Virus record (IMG/VR): IMGVR_UViG_3300020424_000350
Span: 1 to 63,434 of that record
Origin: a virus
Taxonomy: Duplodnaviria > Caudoviricetes
Direction: 5' to 3' (one strand)
Length of the DNA: 63,434 nt
Under the pieces are notes generated by a model. The model was not told where the DNA came from and did no database searches. It worked only from the letters and a program-made list of their open reading frames with translations. Position 1 is the stretch's first letter. Every line of letters begins with the position of its first letter. Shown one piece after another: positions 20,631 to 30,742 of this stretch. The position numbers and the translations under genes were made by a program.

Positions 20631-21425
20631 ATGGCGAATACGCAAAACACAGAGGTCGCAGAGAAAAAGTCTACCGCAGTAGCGGCATATGATGATTCTT
20701 TGTTATCAGCGGGAACTGGCTTAGAGGAGGCTACAACAGAGGATTATGCTATCCCCTTTATACGTCTGCTCCAACCTATGTCCCCACAACTAAATAAGAA
20801 TAGTGGAAACTATATCGAAGGTGCTTCTGCTGGTGACCTGATAAATACGGTCAGTGGTGAGGTGTATGATGGAGAAAAAGGTATTTCAGTAGTACCTTGT
20901 GCCTACTCTAAAAAGTATATAGAGTGGATTCCTAGAGAAAAAGGTGGTGGATTAGTAGACGCTAATCACGATATGTCTATACTAAAGTCTTGTAAAAGGG
21001 ATGAACAAACTAGACGATATTACTTACAGAACGGTAATGAGATTGTAGAAACTGCACAGTTTTTCGTCTTAGTTACTGAGCCTGACCCACAACAAGCACT
21101 TATAACTATGACTTCTACCCAACTAGGTGTAGCTAGGAAATGGTTGACAATGCTAAGAATGGCTAGAGTGAAAAATAGTGCGGGGGCTTCTGTCCAAGCA
21201 CCTATGTTCGCGTTTACCTATAAATTAGGTACTAGTTCAATGTCTAATGATAAAGGTACATGGAATGTATTTACAGTAAACCAAGAAGGTCAAACTGATT
21301 TAGACACAGCTATGGTAGCTAAAGAGTTTATGTCTTCGGCAAAACAAGGTGATGTTGAAGTTAAACATGAACAAGACGGTACTGTATCAAAAACTAATGG
21401 AGAAGCTGAAGAAGCACCATTTTAA
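20631..21425 (+). CDS. Putative single-stranded DNA-binding protein
   Basis: IPFIRLLQPMSPQ; acidic C-terminal tail ending EEAPF; upstream of the primase. Confidence 0.6.
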   Translation: MANTQNTEVAEKKSTAVAAYDDSLLSAGTGLEEATTEDYAIPFIRLLQPMSPQLNKNSGNYIEGASAGDLINTVSGEVYDGEKGISVVPCAYSKKYIEWIPREKGGGLVDANHDMSILKSCKRDEQTRRYYLQNGNEIVETAQFFVLVTEPDPQQALITMTSTQLGVARKWLTMLRMARVKNSAGASVQAPMFAFTYKLGTSSMSNDKGTWNVFTVNQEGQTDLDTAMVAKEFMSSAKQGDVEVKHEQDGTVSKTNGEAEEAPF

Positions 21426-21439
21426 CATAGGGGTAAATT

Positions 21440-22963
21440 ATGTCGTTGGCAGAGGAATTTGCCAAACGGTTTGCTGGACTTCGTCAAGCGTATGGGACTT
21501 TTACAGCCCTAAACGAAACTAGGGAAGACGGTAAGGCGAGTGGAAAAAATGTAACTATATCTAAAGAGCTATCCGATGAAGGACTGCTTAAACTTTGGGA
21601 GAACCATTTAAAAGGTAAACAAAGTATAGGAATCGTAGCCATTGATGAAAATAATCAATGTGTCTGGGGAGCTATAGATGTAGACGAATATCAACTAGAC
21701 TTAAAAGGACTAGCTAAAAAGATATCGAAACATAAACTACCACTTACCGTTTGTCGTAGTAAAAGCGGAGGAGCACATATTTATCTTTTCGTATCTGAGC
21801 CTGTCGAAGCTTCATTAATGCAACGTAAGTTAAGACAACTTGCTGCGTCAATAGGTTTCGGTCAGGCTGAGATATTTCCAAAACAAACACAACTATTATT
21901 AGATAGAGGGGACAGAGGTAGCACTCTGAATATGCCATATTTCGCAGGAGAGAACTCTACACGGTATGCATATAATGGAGAAGGACAAGCTATAAGTCCC
22001 GAAGAATTTTTAGAAAGAGCAGAAGAATTAATACTATCTCCCTCAGGGCTAGAGTCGTTAGAAGCTAGTCCTTTAAGTGAGGAGATAGATTGGATAGACC
22101 AATCACCCCCTTGCTTACAACATTTAGTCGTACAAGGGTTTCCTAAAGGTACAAGAAACTCGGGTCTGTTTAATTTAGGTGTATTCCTAAGAAAGAAATA
22201 TCCAGACGATTGGGAAAAGAGATTAGAAGAAGTAAATATAAAATATATGCAACCACCATTAGGTGCACAAGAAGTATTAACTATTGCAAAACAAGTAAAC
22301 AGAAAAGATTATTTCTATAAATGTAATGACCAACCTCTCGCGGGACACTGTAATAGTCCTCTTTGTAGAACTAGGAAGTATGGTATCGGAGCGGGAGGGG
22401 GGACACCATTGTTTAGTAATTTAACTAAACAAGATAGTGACCCGCCAATATGGTTTTTAGACGTAGAGGGCGGTAGGTTAGAACTAGAAACAGATGATTT
22501 ACTAAACCAAAATAGATTTCAGCGTAAGTGTATGGACGCTCTAAATAAAATACCACCGAAGGTAAAAGAAAACGTTTGGAGACAAATAATACAACAACTA
22601 CTAGACTCTTTAACGATTGTTGAAGTACCTAAAGAAGCGTCTACCGAAGGATTTTTCTTAGAGTTATTAGAAGCGTTTTGCACCGAAAGACCTGCGAGAG
22701 AACGTGATGAATTATTACTACATAAACCTTGGACGGATAAAGGCAAGACTTATTTTAGATTAGCAGACCTTATGGAGTATCTACATAGACATAACTTTAA
22801 AGAGTATCAAAGAAATAAATTAACTTCTAAATTAAAACAATTAAATGGAGAGCCATACTTTTTCAATATAAAAGGCAAAGGTGTAAACGTATGGCATATA
22901 GATGAATTTAAAGCTCAAGATGAGTCGCATGATTTACCTGAGTTTGATGATAACCCGATATGA
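21440..22963 (+). CDS. Archaeo-eukaryotic-type primase with PriCT-like domain
   Basis: WGAIDVD, RSKSGGAH, EIFPKQ, LNMPY; GTRN and Cys-rich segment. Confidence 0.8.
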   Translation: MSLAEEFAKRFAGLRQAYGTFTALNETREDGKASGKNVTISKELSDEGLLKLWENHLKGKQSIGIVAIDENNQCVWGAIDVDEYQLDLKGLAKKISKHKLPLTVCRSKSGGAHIYLFVSEPVEASLMQRKLRQLAASIGFGQAEIFPKQTQLLLDRGDRGSTLNMPYFAGENSTRYAYNGEGQAISPEEFLERAEELILSPSGLESLEASPLSEEIDWIDQSPPCLQHLVVQGFPKGTRNSGLFNLGVFLRKKYPDDWEKRLEEVNIKYMQPPLGAQEVLTIAKQVNRKDYFYKCNDQPLAGHCNSPLCRTRKYGIGAGGGTPLFSNLTKQDSDPPIWFLDVEGGRLELETDDLLNQNRFQRKCMDALNKIPPKVKENVWRQIIQQLLDSLTIVEVPKEASTEGFFLELLEAFCTERPARERDELLLHKPWTDKGKTYFRLADLMEYLHRHNFKEYQRNKLTSKLKQLNGEPYFFNIKGKGVNVWHIDEFKAQDESHDLPEFDDNPI

Positions 22964-24459
22964 CATTACCTAGTAAAACACAAGTTATTCTTGGACCGCC
23001 TGGAACTGGAAAGACGAGTACCTTACTTGGTCTTATAGAAGATGAATTAGAAAGTGGAACAGAACCTGATAAGATAGGGTTTTTTACCTTTACTAAAAAG
23101 GCGGTATCTGAGGGTAAAGATAGGGCTATAGCTAAGTTTGATAATATTTTAGATAAAGATTTACCTTATTTTAGGACTTTACATTCTCTAGCGTTTAGAC
23201 AACTAGGATTAAATAGAGAGAATGTTCTAGGTCGTAGGGATATATTAGATTTAAATGAAAAAATGAATTTAAAACTAACTGGGTCTAGTAATTCAGACGA
23301 CGGGCATTTATTTGCTATGACACATGATGATAGATTAGCGTTTATAGAAAACCTAGCACGTATGCGAGGGGTAGGTTTAAAAGACCAATGGCACGATGTA
23401 GAAGACGCTGTAGGTTGGTTTGAATTAGAGCGTTATGCGAAAGGATTAAATTTATTTAAACAAGATAGATTACTCGTAGATTACACAGATATGTTACAAG
23501 ACTTTCTTACTAAAGGAGAAATACCTAAGTTAGATGTTATGTATGTAGATGAAGCTCAAGACTTGTCCCCTTTACAGTGGTCGGTGGTGCGTAAGTTAGC
23601 AGAAAACTCTACTAGGGTTTATGTTGCAGGTGATGATGACCAAGCTATTTATAAGTGGGCGGGTGCTGATGTTGATTATTTAATTAGTAATTCTAAAGAC
23701 GCAATGATTTTAAAACAATCCTATCGTGTACCTTTTTCTGTGCATGATGTTGCTATGAGATGTATAAATCAGGTACGTTCTAGGGTACATAAAACATGGA
23801 ACCCTAGAGAACAAAAAGGTACAGTAAGGTGGGAACCAAACATAGATTTAGTAAACATGGAAAGCGGTGAATGGCTTGTATTAGCTCGGACAAACTACCT
23901 TTTAGAACAAGTAGATGAGTATTGCAGGAATGAAGGTTGGTTTTTTGAAGTGAAGGGTAGACCCAGTATTTCTGAAAAAAAGGTACAATCCGTGATAAAC
24001 TGGGAAAGACTTAGAGCAGGGGAAAAAGTAACTTTAGCTGAGTGTGTGAACATCATAAAACAGATTAAATTAAAAAATCCTAAAGTTATAGATACTATCG
24101 ATGAAAAAACGAAACTTGATATGAAAGATATGCTGTATTACTTTCCCGATATACCTCAAAGTGTTTGGTTTGACGCTTTTAGTTTATTAAGTGTAAAAGA
24201 AATCAGCTACATACGAGCCATGCTACGTAGAGGAGAAAAGATTACTAAAAAACCTAGAATAAAATTATCCACTATTCATGCCGCTAAAGGTGGTGAATGT
24301 GAGAATGTAGTATTGATTACAGATATTACTAATAGAGTTTATAAAAATTATCAGCAAAATCCTGATGATGAGAATAGAGTATTTTATGTTGCAGTTACGA
24401 GAACTAAAGAAAACTTGTACCTTATTGAACCTCAAAGTCCTCGCTGCTACCAAATGTAA
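22960..24459 (+). CDS. UvrD/Rep-like SF1 helicase
   Basis: GPPGTGKT, DEAQD, GDDDQAIY, QSYR, STIHAAKGGE, FYVAVTR. Confidence 0.93.
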   Translation: MTLPSKTQVILGPPGTGKTSTLLGLIEDELESGTEPDKIGFFTFTKKAVSEGKDRAIAKFDNILDKDLPYFRTLHSLAFRQLGLNRENVLGRRDILDLNEKMNLKLTGSSNSDDGHLFAMTHDDRLAFIENLARMRGVGLKDQWHDVEDAVGWFELERYAKGLNLFKQDRLLVDYTDMLQDFLTKGEIPKLDVMYVDEAQDLSPLQWSVVRKLAENSTRVYVAGDDDQAIYKWAGADVDYLISNSKDAMILKQSYRVPFSVHDVAMRCINQVRSRVHKTWNPREQKGTVRWEPNIDLVNMESGEWLVLARTNYLLEQVDEYCRNEGWFFEVKGRPSISEKKVQSVINWERLRAGEKVTLAECVNIIKQIKLKNPKVIDTIDEKTKLDMKDMLYYFPDIPQSVWFDAFSLLSVKEISYIRAMLRRGEKITKKPRIKLSTIHAAKGGECENVVLITDITNRVYKNYQQNPDDENRVFYVAVTRTKENLYLIEPQSPRCYQM

Positions 24460-24466
24460 AAAGTCT

Positions 24467-24495
24467 TTTACTTTGTAATAAATATAAAGTAAACT
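24467..24495 (+). promoter_or_regulatory. sigma70-type promoter upstream of the DNA-modification cluster
   Basis: TTTACT-N17-TAAACT. Confidence 0.55.
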
Positions 24496-24770
24496 ACTAT
24501 AGGTAAAGGAGATTAAAATGATAAATTGTGTTATTTGCGACCGTAAACGAGATGAGAAGTTCGGACATAACCCAAGTCCTGTGAAAGATGAGGGAAGGTG
24601 TTGTACCTTTTGCAATACCCATATTGTTATACCCGCACGTATATCTGAGTATATAAACAGAGAACGTGATTAATGGCTAATAAAACTATGACCATGAAGG
24701 AACACATGGAGATGATGGAGAGAATAAAAAATAAAGAAAAGAAACCACCGCGTAGGATAAAGGTAAAGAA

Positions 24771-25256
24771 ATGAATATATTTTATGTATCTAAAAGTCCT
24801 AAAGAAGCGGCAGAGTTTTTACCTGATAAACTGATAGTAAAAATGCCTTTAGAGTCTGCTCAGATGTTATGCACTGCTCATAGAATACATTCCGATGAAG
24901 ATTGGTGTGACGCTAATGGTATTTATAAAATAGCATATAAAAACCACCCATGTACGATATGGGCTAGAACTACTAGTGATAATTATTTTTGGCTATACAG
25001 TCATTTTATTGCTTTATGTTCTGAATATACTAGAAGATACGGCAAAGAACATTTAAGTTTTACAAAATTAGAAGAACCGCTTTCATATCTTCCCACTGAA
25101 ATAAAGTTAGGAGGATTAACGAAATTACCTCAGGCAATGCCTGATGAGTATAAACATGAGAACCCAGTTCTCGCTTACAGAGATTATGTTATACACGAAA
25201 AACATTATGCTAAGTGGGAAAAGGGTAGAGATAAACCAGATTGGTGGGAGGTGTAA
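24771..25256 (+). CDS. Pyrimidine dimer DNA glycosylase-like (DenV family)
   Basis: MNIFY...KMPLESAQMLCTAH...HPCTIW...EYTRRYGKEH...QAMPDEYK. Confidence 0.8.
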   Translation: MNIFYVSKSPKEAAEFLPDKLIVKMPLESAQMLCTAHRIHSDEDWCDANGIYKIAYKNHPCTIWARTTSDNYFWLYSHFIALCSEYTRRYGKEHLSFTKLEEPLSYLPTEIKLGGLTKLPQAMPDEYKHENPVLAYRDYVIHEKHYAKWEKGRDKPDWWEV

Positions 25257-26113
25257 TGTCATCAATAAGAAGAAAACTTACTGTCAATGAAAACGATAGT
25301 AAAAATACTAGAATGGACTTAGCGTCAGCAGGTATTCTAGGTAATTGGAGACCCGATGAGTTAGCTCATATGAGTCGTTTCGATAAAATAGCTTCACTAT
25401 GTATAGACGAAGCTAAAAGATTAGGTAGACCACTTAATACTTTTGAAGTTGGTTGTGGTGAGTGTTGGGCTTTGCGTTGTCTTTATAAGGCATATGTAAT
25501 AAAAAAGACTGACATAATCAGCTCTTATGTTGGATATGATATAGACCCTGCATGTGAGATGGAAAACCCTTATTGGTCTAATGCGGGTGGAGAACTAAAA
25601 GACTCTGCTTGGTTTAAAATATTTAATGGTGAAATACGTATACAAGATTTAACAGTAGACCCTATATTTAAATTAGACGATGAAAGTATAGATTTCTTTT
25701 GGTCTACGGAAGTTATAGAACACATGGGTAGGGAGTTTGTTCCTGCTTGGTTAGATGACGTTGCTAGGGTTATGAGACCAGGAGCATTAGGATATGTATC
25801 TACTCCTAACCATGATGGGTCTAATGATAAACTTCCCGAAGACCATGTATATGAGTGGGGTTTCGAAGAACTAAAAGAAGAACTAGAAAGAAACTTTGAG
25901 ATAGAAGCTGTTACTGGAACATTTATACAACTTCCTAGATTGAAAAAGTTTATGAATGACCCTGAGAATCACCATAGAGAATATGGAGGATGGACTCATA
26001 AACAATTTAGTATGCTAGAAGATAGATTCGGTAAGCAGTTTTTGAGAATGGCAGCAGCGACTTTTTATCCATCAGTAGCTAATAATTGTGCATGGAGAAT
26101 ACGTAAGAAGTAA
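25256..26113 (+). CDS. Class I SAM-dependent methyltransferase (small-molecule/UbiG-like type)
   Basis: EVGCG motif I, GYDID, EVIEH, MRPG, STPN; no NPPY/DPPY or PC catalytic motif. Confidence 0.85.
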   Translation: MSSIRRKLTVNENDSKNTRMDLASAGILGNWRPDELAHMSRFDKIASLCIDEAKRLGRPLNTFEVGCGECWALRCLYKAYVIKKTDIISSYVGYDIDPACEMENPYWSNAGGELKDSAWFKIFNGEIRIQDLTVDPIFKLDDESIDFFWSTEVIEHMGREFVPAWLDDVARVMRPGALGYVSTPNHDGSNDKLPEDHVYEWGFEELKEELERNFEIEAVTGTFIQLPRLKKFMNDPENHHREYGGWTHKQFSMLEDRFGKQFLRMAAATFYPSVANNCAWRIRKK

Positions 26114-27057
26114 TGACCTTTATACCAGAACAAGTAGAACTTTATAAGTATTGGATTTCCGAAAGGGAAGGTATACGAGTGTGTAAAGAATACTATGAAG
26201 ATAAACCGCCTTGGACAGAAGACGAGATACTCAGAAAGTTTAAGTTTTGTCAGGTATATAGAGAAGATGATAGGACTACCCGTTGGTTAAGAACTCATAT
26301 AAGAGACCCATTAAAAGATAAGCCCGAAGTATTTATGGCTACGGTTATCTTTAGGTGGTTTAATCTTATAGAAACGGGTAGAACTCTATTAGATAACAAC
26401 TTACATATAGAATGGGATAGAGAAAAAGCTATAGAACTTATACGAGTACAACCTAAATGGATTACGGGTGCTTATATTATCAAGACACCTAACCGTATGG
26501 ATAAAGTTACAGGAGTCGCTGAGTCTATAACTCATATGTGGAACGCTAAAGATTATATTTTAGAACAACTCTATAAATATAAAGAGCAAGACGGTGGGTC
26601 ATTACAAAAAGCATGGGAACTTATAAAAGAGTATCCGTATATGGGTCCATTTATGGCATACGAGGTAGTCACAGATTTACGATTTACTCATTTGTTAAAC
26701 GAAGCTACAGATATTTGTTCGTGGGCTAACGCTGGTCCAGGTGCAATGAGAGGGCTAAATAGGTTGACAGGTAGAGAACTAACTTTTTCAAAACGAAGTC
26801 ATGACTGGAACTCTGAAATGCAAGAGCTCTACGACATAGTAAAAGTTAATAACCATAATTGGTGGGTATTGAATAAAGGTATGTACGACTTAAAACATAA
26901 CTTCGAAATGAGAGAAGTAGAAGGAGGACTTTGTGAGTTCGATAAGTATTCTCGTATATTAAACGAGGAAGGAAGAACAAGGTCTATTTATAAACATAAT
27001 AAACATCTTCCTATAGTGGAAGACATAAAAGAAGGAGAAAGCATATGGGCAAAATGA
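26113..27057 (+). CDS. 5-hmdU DNA kinase-like protein (aGPT-Pplase1 helical domain)
   Basis: ERE.IR...PPWTED.IL..FKFCQVYREDDRTT...FRWFN...TGAY...GPFMAYEVVTD...GPGAMRGL...LCEFDKY. Confidence 0.85.
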   Translation: MTFIPEQVELYKYWISEREGIRVCKEYYEDKPPWTEDEILRKFKFCQVYREDDRTTRWLRTHIRDPLKDKPEVFMATVIFRWFNLIETGRTLLDNNLHIEWDREKAIELIRVQPKWITGAYIIKTPNRMDKVTGVAESITHMWNAKDYILEQLYKYKEQDGGSLQKAWELIKEYPYMGPFMAYEVVTDLRFTHLLNEATDICSWANAGPGAMRGLNRLTGRELTFSKRSHDWNSEMQELYDIVKVNNHNWWVLNKGMYDLKHNFEMREVEGGLCEFDKYSRILNEEGRTRSIYKHNKHLPIVEDIKEGESIWAK

Positions 27058-27266
27058 GTGATTTAGCCATAGAGCTCTTAGATACGTGGGGTGAGGAAGT
27101 CGATAAATACTATACTCAGTTCGTAGAAGTAGCGTATTTTCTAAACGTACCTGCAGATTATACTCAAGCGGTAGAGTTTATAAAAAGGAAGATACCCGTA
27201 CTTACAGACTCAGAGATAGGGTTTCTTATAGACGAAATAACAGGAATGCATAACTCACCAGTATGA
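27045..27266 (+). CDS. Hypothetical protein
   Basis: AAGGAG RBS; inside the modification cluster. Confidence 0.65.
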   Translation: MGKMSDLAIELLDTWGEEVDKYYTQFVEVAYFLNVPADYTQAVEFIKRKIPVLTDSEIGFLIDEITGMHNSPV

Positions 27267-28324
27267 ATACGTTAAAGGTAAGGAATGTAAATGAAGCCCT
27301 AGAAAGAGGGATTGATTTATTTTGTTTTCCAGATAATTATATAGAACAAGATAGTAGAAACGGTAAAACATTAGAACTAAATGAACCATTAACTACTGTT
27401 TATCAGAACCCTTGGGAACGAGTTTTATTTTGTACTAAACGAGATGCTAACCCATTTTTTCATTTTATAGAAAGTCTATGGATGTTGAATGGTAATAATG
27501 ATTTAGCACCACTTACATATTTTGTAAAATCTATGAAAGATTTTTCTGATGACGGTAGGACTTTAAATGCTGCTTATGGTAATAGGTGGAGAAGTTATTT
27601 TGGTGAAGACCAGATAGAACAAATTATAGATATATTAATTAAAAACCCTGACGATAGACGTGCAGTTTTACAGATGTGGGGTATAAAAGATTTAGCGGAT
27701 AAGTCTTTAGATGTGCCTTGTAATACGAATATTTATTTTAAAATCAGAAACGGAAAATTAAATATGACAGTCTGTAATCGCTCTAACGATATGGTGTGGG
27801 GGGCTTATGGTGCTAATGCAGTACATATGTCTATCCTTCAAGAATATATTGCTTTAGCTATAGGAGTCGATATAGGAGTCTATACACAGATTAGCGATAG
27901 CTTACACGTTTATCAGAATAAAGTTTGGGATAGAATAAAAGGAGCAGAACTTGACCCTTTAACATATAGACATTTAAGTTCTGATTACTGTGACGGTTAT
28001 GAGTATAGTCCACTCTATACGGATAAAGAAATATTCGATAAAGAATTACGAATATTTTTTAGTCCTTTTAATTTATGGTGGCTTGATATAGATGATGTTC
28101 CAGAACATACAGAAAAGAAAATAGATTTATCTAACTATAATTTTAATGAGCCTACTTTCAAAGACATAGCTATGCCTATGGTGAAAGCGTTTAGTGCTCA
28201 TAAAGAAAGAGATTACGATAAAGCGTATGAGTATGTATCTAAAATTACTGCTCAAGATTGGATGGTAGCTTGTTTCAATTGGATAACTAAGAGGGATAAG
28301 CTACATAATTTAAATAATAAATAA
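27263..28324 (+). CDS. Thymidylate synthase-fold enzyme, likely dUMP hydroxymethylase
   Basis: RDANPFF, AYG.RWR, DRRAV, PCN (catalytic Cys), RSNDMVWGAYGAN (Asn indicates a dUMP substrate), SLHVY. Confidence 0.8.
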   Translation: MNTLKVRNVNEALERGIDLFCFPDNYIEQDSRNGKTLELNEPLTTVYQNPWERVLFCTKRDANPFFHFIESLWMLNGNNDLAPLTYFVKSMKDFSDDGRTLNAAYGNRWRSYFGEDQIEQIIDILIKNPDDRRAVLQMWGIKDLADKSLDVPCNTNIYFKIRNGKLNMTVCNRSNDMVWGAYGANAVHMSILQEYIALAIGVDIGVYTQISDSLHVYQNKVWDRIKGAELDPLTYRHLSSDYCDGYEYSPLYTDKEIFDKELRIFFSPFNLWWLDIDDVPEHTEKKIDLSNYNFNEPTFKDIAMPMVKAFSAHKERDYDKAYEYVSKITAQDWMVACFNWITKRDKLHNLNNK

Positions 28325-28333
28325 GGAGTACTT

Positions 28334-28690
28334 ATGACAAGTAAGTGGGAAGCTATGAAAGATATAGCACAGAGAGACCTTGAAGCGTTAAAGAAAGCAG
28401 AAACTTCGTACGGAGATTCTTGGAAACGTAGAGGAGGTGTAGGAGCTTTTATGATGTTAGCTCGTAAGTTCGATAGGATAGAACACCAATCAGAAAAACA
28501 TGGTTGGGATATCTTTGAAGCTGGAGAAGCATTTAAAGGTGAAGCAGGTCTACTAGATGATATACGTGATTTACGTAGATATTTGTTACTTTGTGAACAG
28601 GAGATATTGGCACAGTCCGACCCTGAAACCATAGAGGAAATGTTTAGTACAACTATAATACAGGAGAGTCAAAATGACGATAATAGCTAA
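28334..28690 (+). CDS. Nucleotide modification-associated domain 1 (Nmad1/DUF1599-like; putative dNTP pyrophosphatase)
   Basis: K...YGDSWK..G...RK.DRI...D...DL..Y pattern; follows the TS-like gene. Confidence 0.65.
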   Translation: MTSKWEAMKDIAQRDLEALKKAETSYGDSWKRRGGVGAFMMLARKFDRIEHQSEKHGWDIFEAGEAFKGEAGLLDDIRDLRRYLLLCEQEILAQSDPETIEEMFSTTIIQESQNDDNS

Positions 28691-28886
28691 AGTTCTTAAA
28701 TTTTTTAAGAAAAACGATAAAATCGATGAAGCGTTAGATGAAGCAGCAGTCGATTTACCTAAGTTCGAGGAAAAGAAACATAGACCTAAAGCACCAGAAA
28801 AAACTCAACAAGTTGGTGTAGTTAGGGCTAAAGGTAAGAAACCTAGAGCTAAAAAGACTAAGATACAAACTAAAAATAAAAAGTGA
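28674..28886 (+). CDS. Hypothetical basic protein
   Basis: GGAG RBS; overlaps neighbours. Confidence 0.5.
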   Translation: MTIIAKVLKFFKKNDKIDEALDEAAVDLPKFEEKKHRPKAPEKTQQVGVVRAKGKKPRAKKTKIQTKNKK

Positions 28887-30742
28887 TTCAAGAACCTATG
28901 TTCGCACCTAAGAGTAATTGGGAAGTACCTGAGTTATTTCCTAATATACCTGAGACGAAAACTATCGCGGTAGATTTAGAAACCTGTGACCCTAACTTAT
29001 TAGTTAAGGGTCCAGGTTGGGCTACAGGTGACGGTTATGTTATAGGTGTGGGTATAGCTACTGAAGATTGGAAAGGTTATTTTCCTTTTAGACATCAAGG
29101 CGGGGGCAACTTAGACGAGGGGTTAGTCCTCAAATGGCTGTCTAAAACTCTTTCATCTAATAAACGTGACGTGGTCTTTCATAACTCATTGTACGATGTT
29201 GGGTGGTTAAAAAGAGAAGGTGTAGAGGTGTGTGGGAATATAGTAGATACTATGTTCGCAGCACCTCTCATCGATGAAAACAGACGTTCGTACTCACTAG
29301 ACTCATTGGGTGAGAGTTATTGTAATAATAAAAAAGATGAGTCTTTATTACAAGACGCGGCACTTGCTTATGGTATAAATCCTAAATCAGAAATGTATAA
29401 ACTACATTCTAAATATGTTGGACCTTATGGTGAACAAGACGCGGCACTTACATTAAAAGTTTGGGACAAATTAAAACAAGAAATAAAAAGTCAAGACTTA
29501 TCAAAGATATATGAATTAGAAACTAGTTTGATACCTCTACTTATAGAAATGAGGTGGCGAGGTGTAAGAGTAGATGAAGAAAAAGCTCACTCTATCTCGA
29601 AAGAACTATCTAAAAAAGAACAAAAGATTCAAGTAGAAATAAAAAGGAAGTACGGTTCGGAAGTCAATCTATGGGCTAATGCTTCTCTACAAGACATATT
29701 CGATAAAAATAAATTATTCTATCCTAGAACTGAAAAAGGTATGGCTTCTTTTCAAAGACAGTGGTTAGAAAGCCATACTCATGAACTACCTAGACTAATT
29801 GTAGAAGCTAGAAAATTAAATAAAGCTAGGACTACTTTTATAGATAAAATGATATTAGAACATTCACACGAAGGTCGTATACATGCAGAAGCTCATCCAT
29901 TACGTAGTGATAGAGGGGGCACGGTCAGTGGTCGGTTCAGCTATAGTAATCCTAATCTACAACAAGTACCTGCAAGAGACCCAGAGATTGGAGATATGAT
30001 ACGCTCTATCTTCATACCTGAAGAAGATTGTGAATGGGGTGTATTTGATTACTCACAACAAGAACCTAGATTAACTGTACATTATGCTGATAAAATGAAT
30101 TTAGCGGGAGCTAAAGAGGCAGTTGTAGAGTATACCGAAAGAAATGCAGACTTTCATCAGATAGTTGCAGATATGGCTAATATACCACGTAAACAAGCTA
30201 AGACGATAAATCTAGGACTTAGTTATGGAATGGGTAAAGAAAAATTAATTAATGAGTTAGGTCTAGATGATAACGAAGCACAGAAGCTATTCGACCAGTA
30301 CCATGAAAAAGTACCTTTTATAAAAGGACTACAAGACCAATGTACTCGAATAGCTACGGATAGGGGATATATAAAGACTTTAGGGGGTAGACGATGTAGG
30401 TTCGATTTATGGGAGAGTAGGTTTGAAAGAACTACACCTCTACCATTAGAAGAAGCTAAAAGTGAATATGGTGAAAGTCTAAAAAGGTCTTTCACTTATA
30501 AAGCTCTGAATAGATTGATTCAGGGTTCAGCGGCAGATATGACTAAGTTAGCTATGCTGGAGTTGTGGAAGGAAGGAATTATTCCACATCTACAAATACA
30601 TGATGAAGTTGATATATCTGTGAAAGATAAAACCGAAGCTAAGAAGGTGTGTGAGATTATGCGAGATTGTGTAGACTTAGTTGTACCTTTATTAGTTGAC
30701 TATGAACTTGGTCCATCATGGGGTCAAACGGAGGAGCAATAA
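28883..30742 (+). CDS. polA: Family A DNA polymerase with 3'-5' exonuclease
   Basis: DLET exonuclease motif; PNLQQ; DYSQQEPR (A); RKQAKTINLGLSYGMG (B); IHDE (C). Confidence 0.95.
   Translation: MIQEPMFAPKSNWEVPELFPNIPETKTIAVDLETCDPNLLVKGPGWATGDGYVIGVGIATEDWKGYFPFRHQGGGNLDEGLVLKWLSKTLSSNKRDVVFHNSLYDVGWLKREGVEVCGNIVDTMFAAPLIDENRRSYSLDSLGESYCNNKKDESLLQDAALAYGINPKSEMYKLHSKYVGPYGEQDAALTLKVWDKLKQEIKSQDLSKIYELETSLIPLLIEMRWRGVRVDEEKAHSISKELSKKEQKIQVEIKRKYGSEVNLWANASLQDIFDKNKLFYPRTEKGMASFQRQWLESHTHELPRLIVEARKLNKARTTFIDKMILEHSHEGRIHAEAHPLRSDRGGTVSGRFSYSNPNLQQVPARDPEIGDMIRSIFIPEEDCEWGVFDYSQQEPRLTVHYADKMNLAGAKEAVVEYTERNADFHQIVADMANIPRKQAKTINLGLSYGMGKEKLINELGLDDNEAQKLFDQYHEKVPFIKGLQDQCTRIATDRGYIKTLGGRRCRFDLWESRFERTTPLPLEEAKSEYGESLKRSFTYKALNRLIQGSAADMTKLAMLELWKEGIIPHLQIHDEVDISVKDKTEAKKVCEIMRDCVDLVVPLLVDYELGPSWGQTEEQ

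Noticed and set aside
25256-26113. Orphan restriction-modification DNA methyltransferase
   Set aside because: No (N/D/S)PP(Y/F) or PC/ENV motifs; the EVIEH/STPN signature is of the small-molecule class I type
27263-28324. Ordinary thyA or dCMP hydroxymethylase
   Set aside because: PCN instead of PCH and adjacency to a 5-hmdU kinase argue against thyA; Asn at the specificity position argues against a dCMP substrate. Not excluded without an assay
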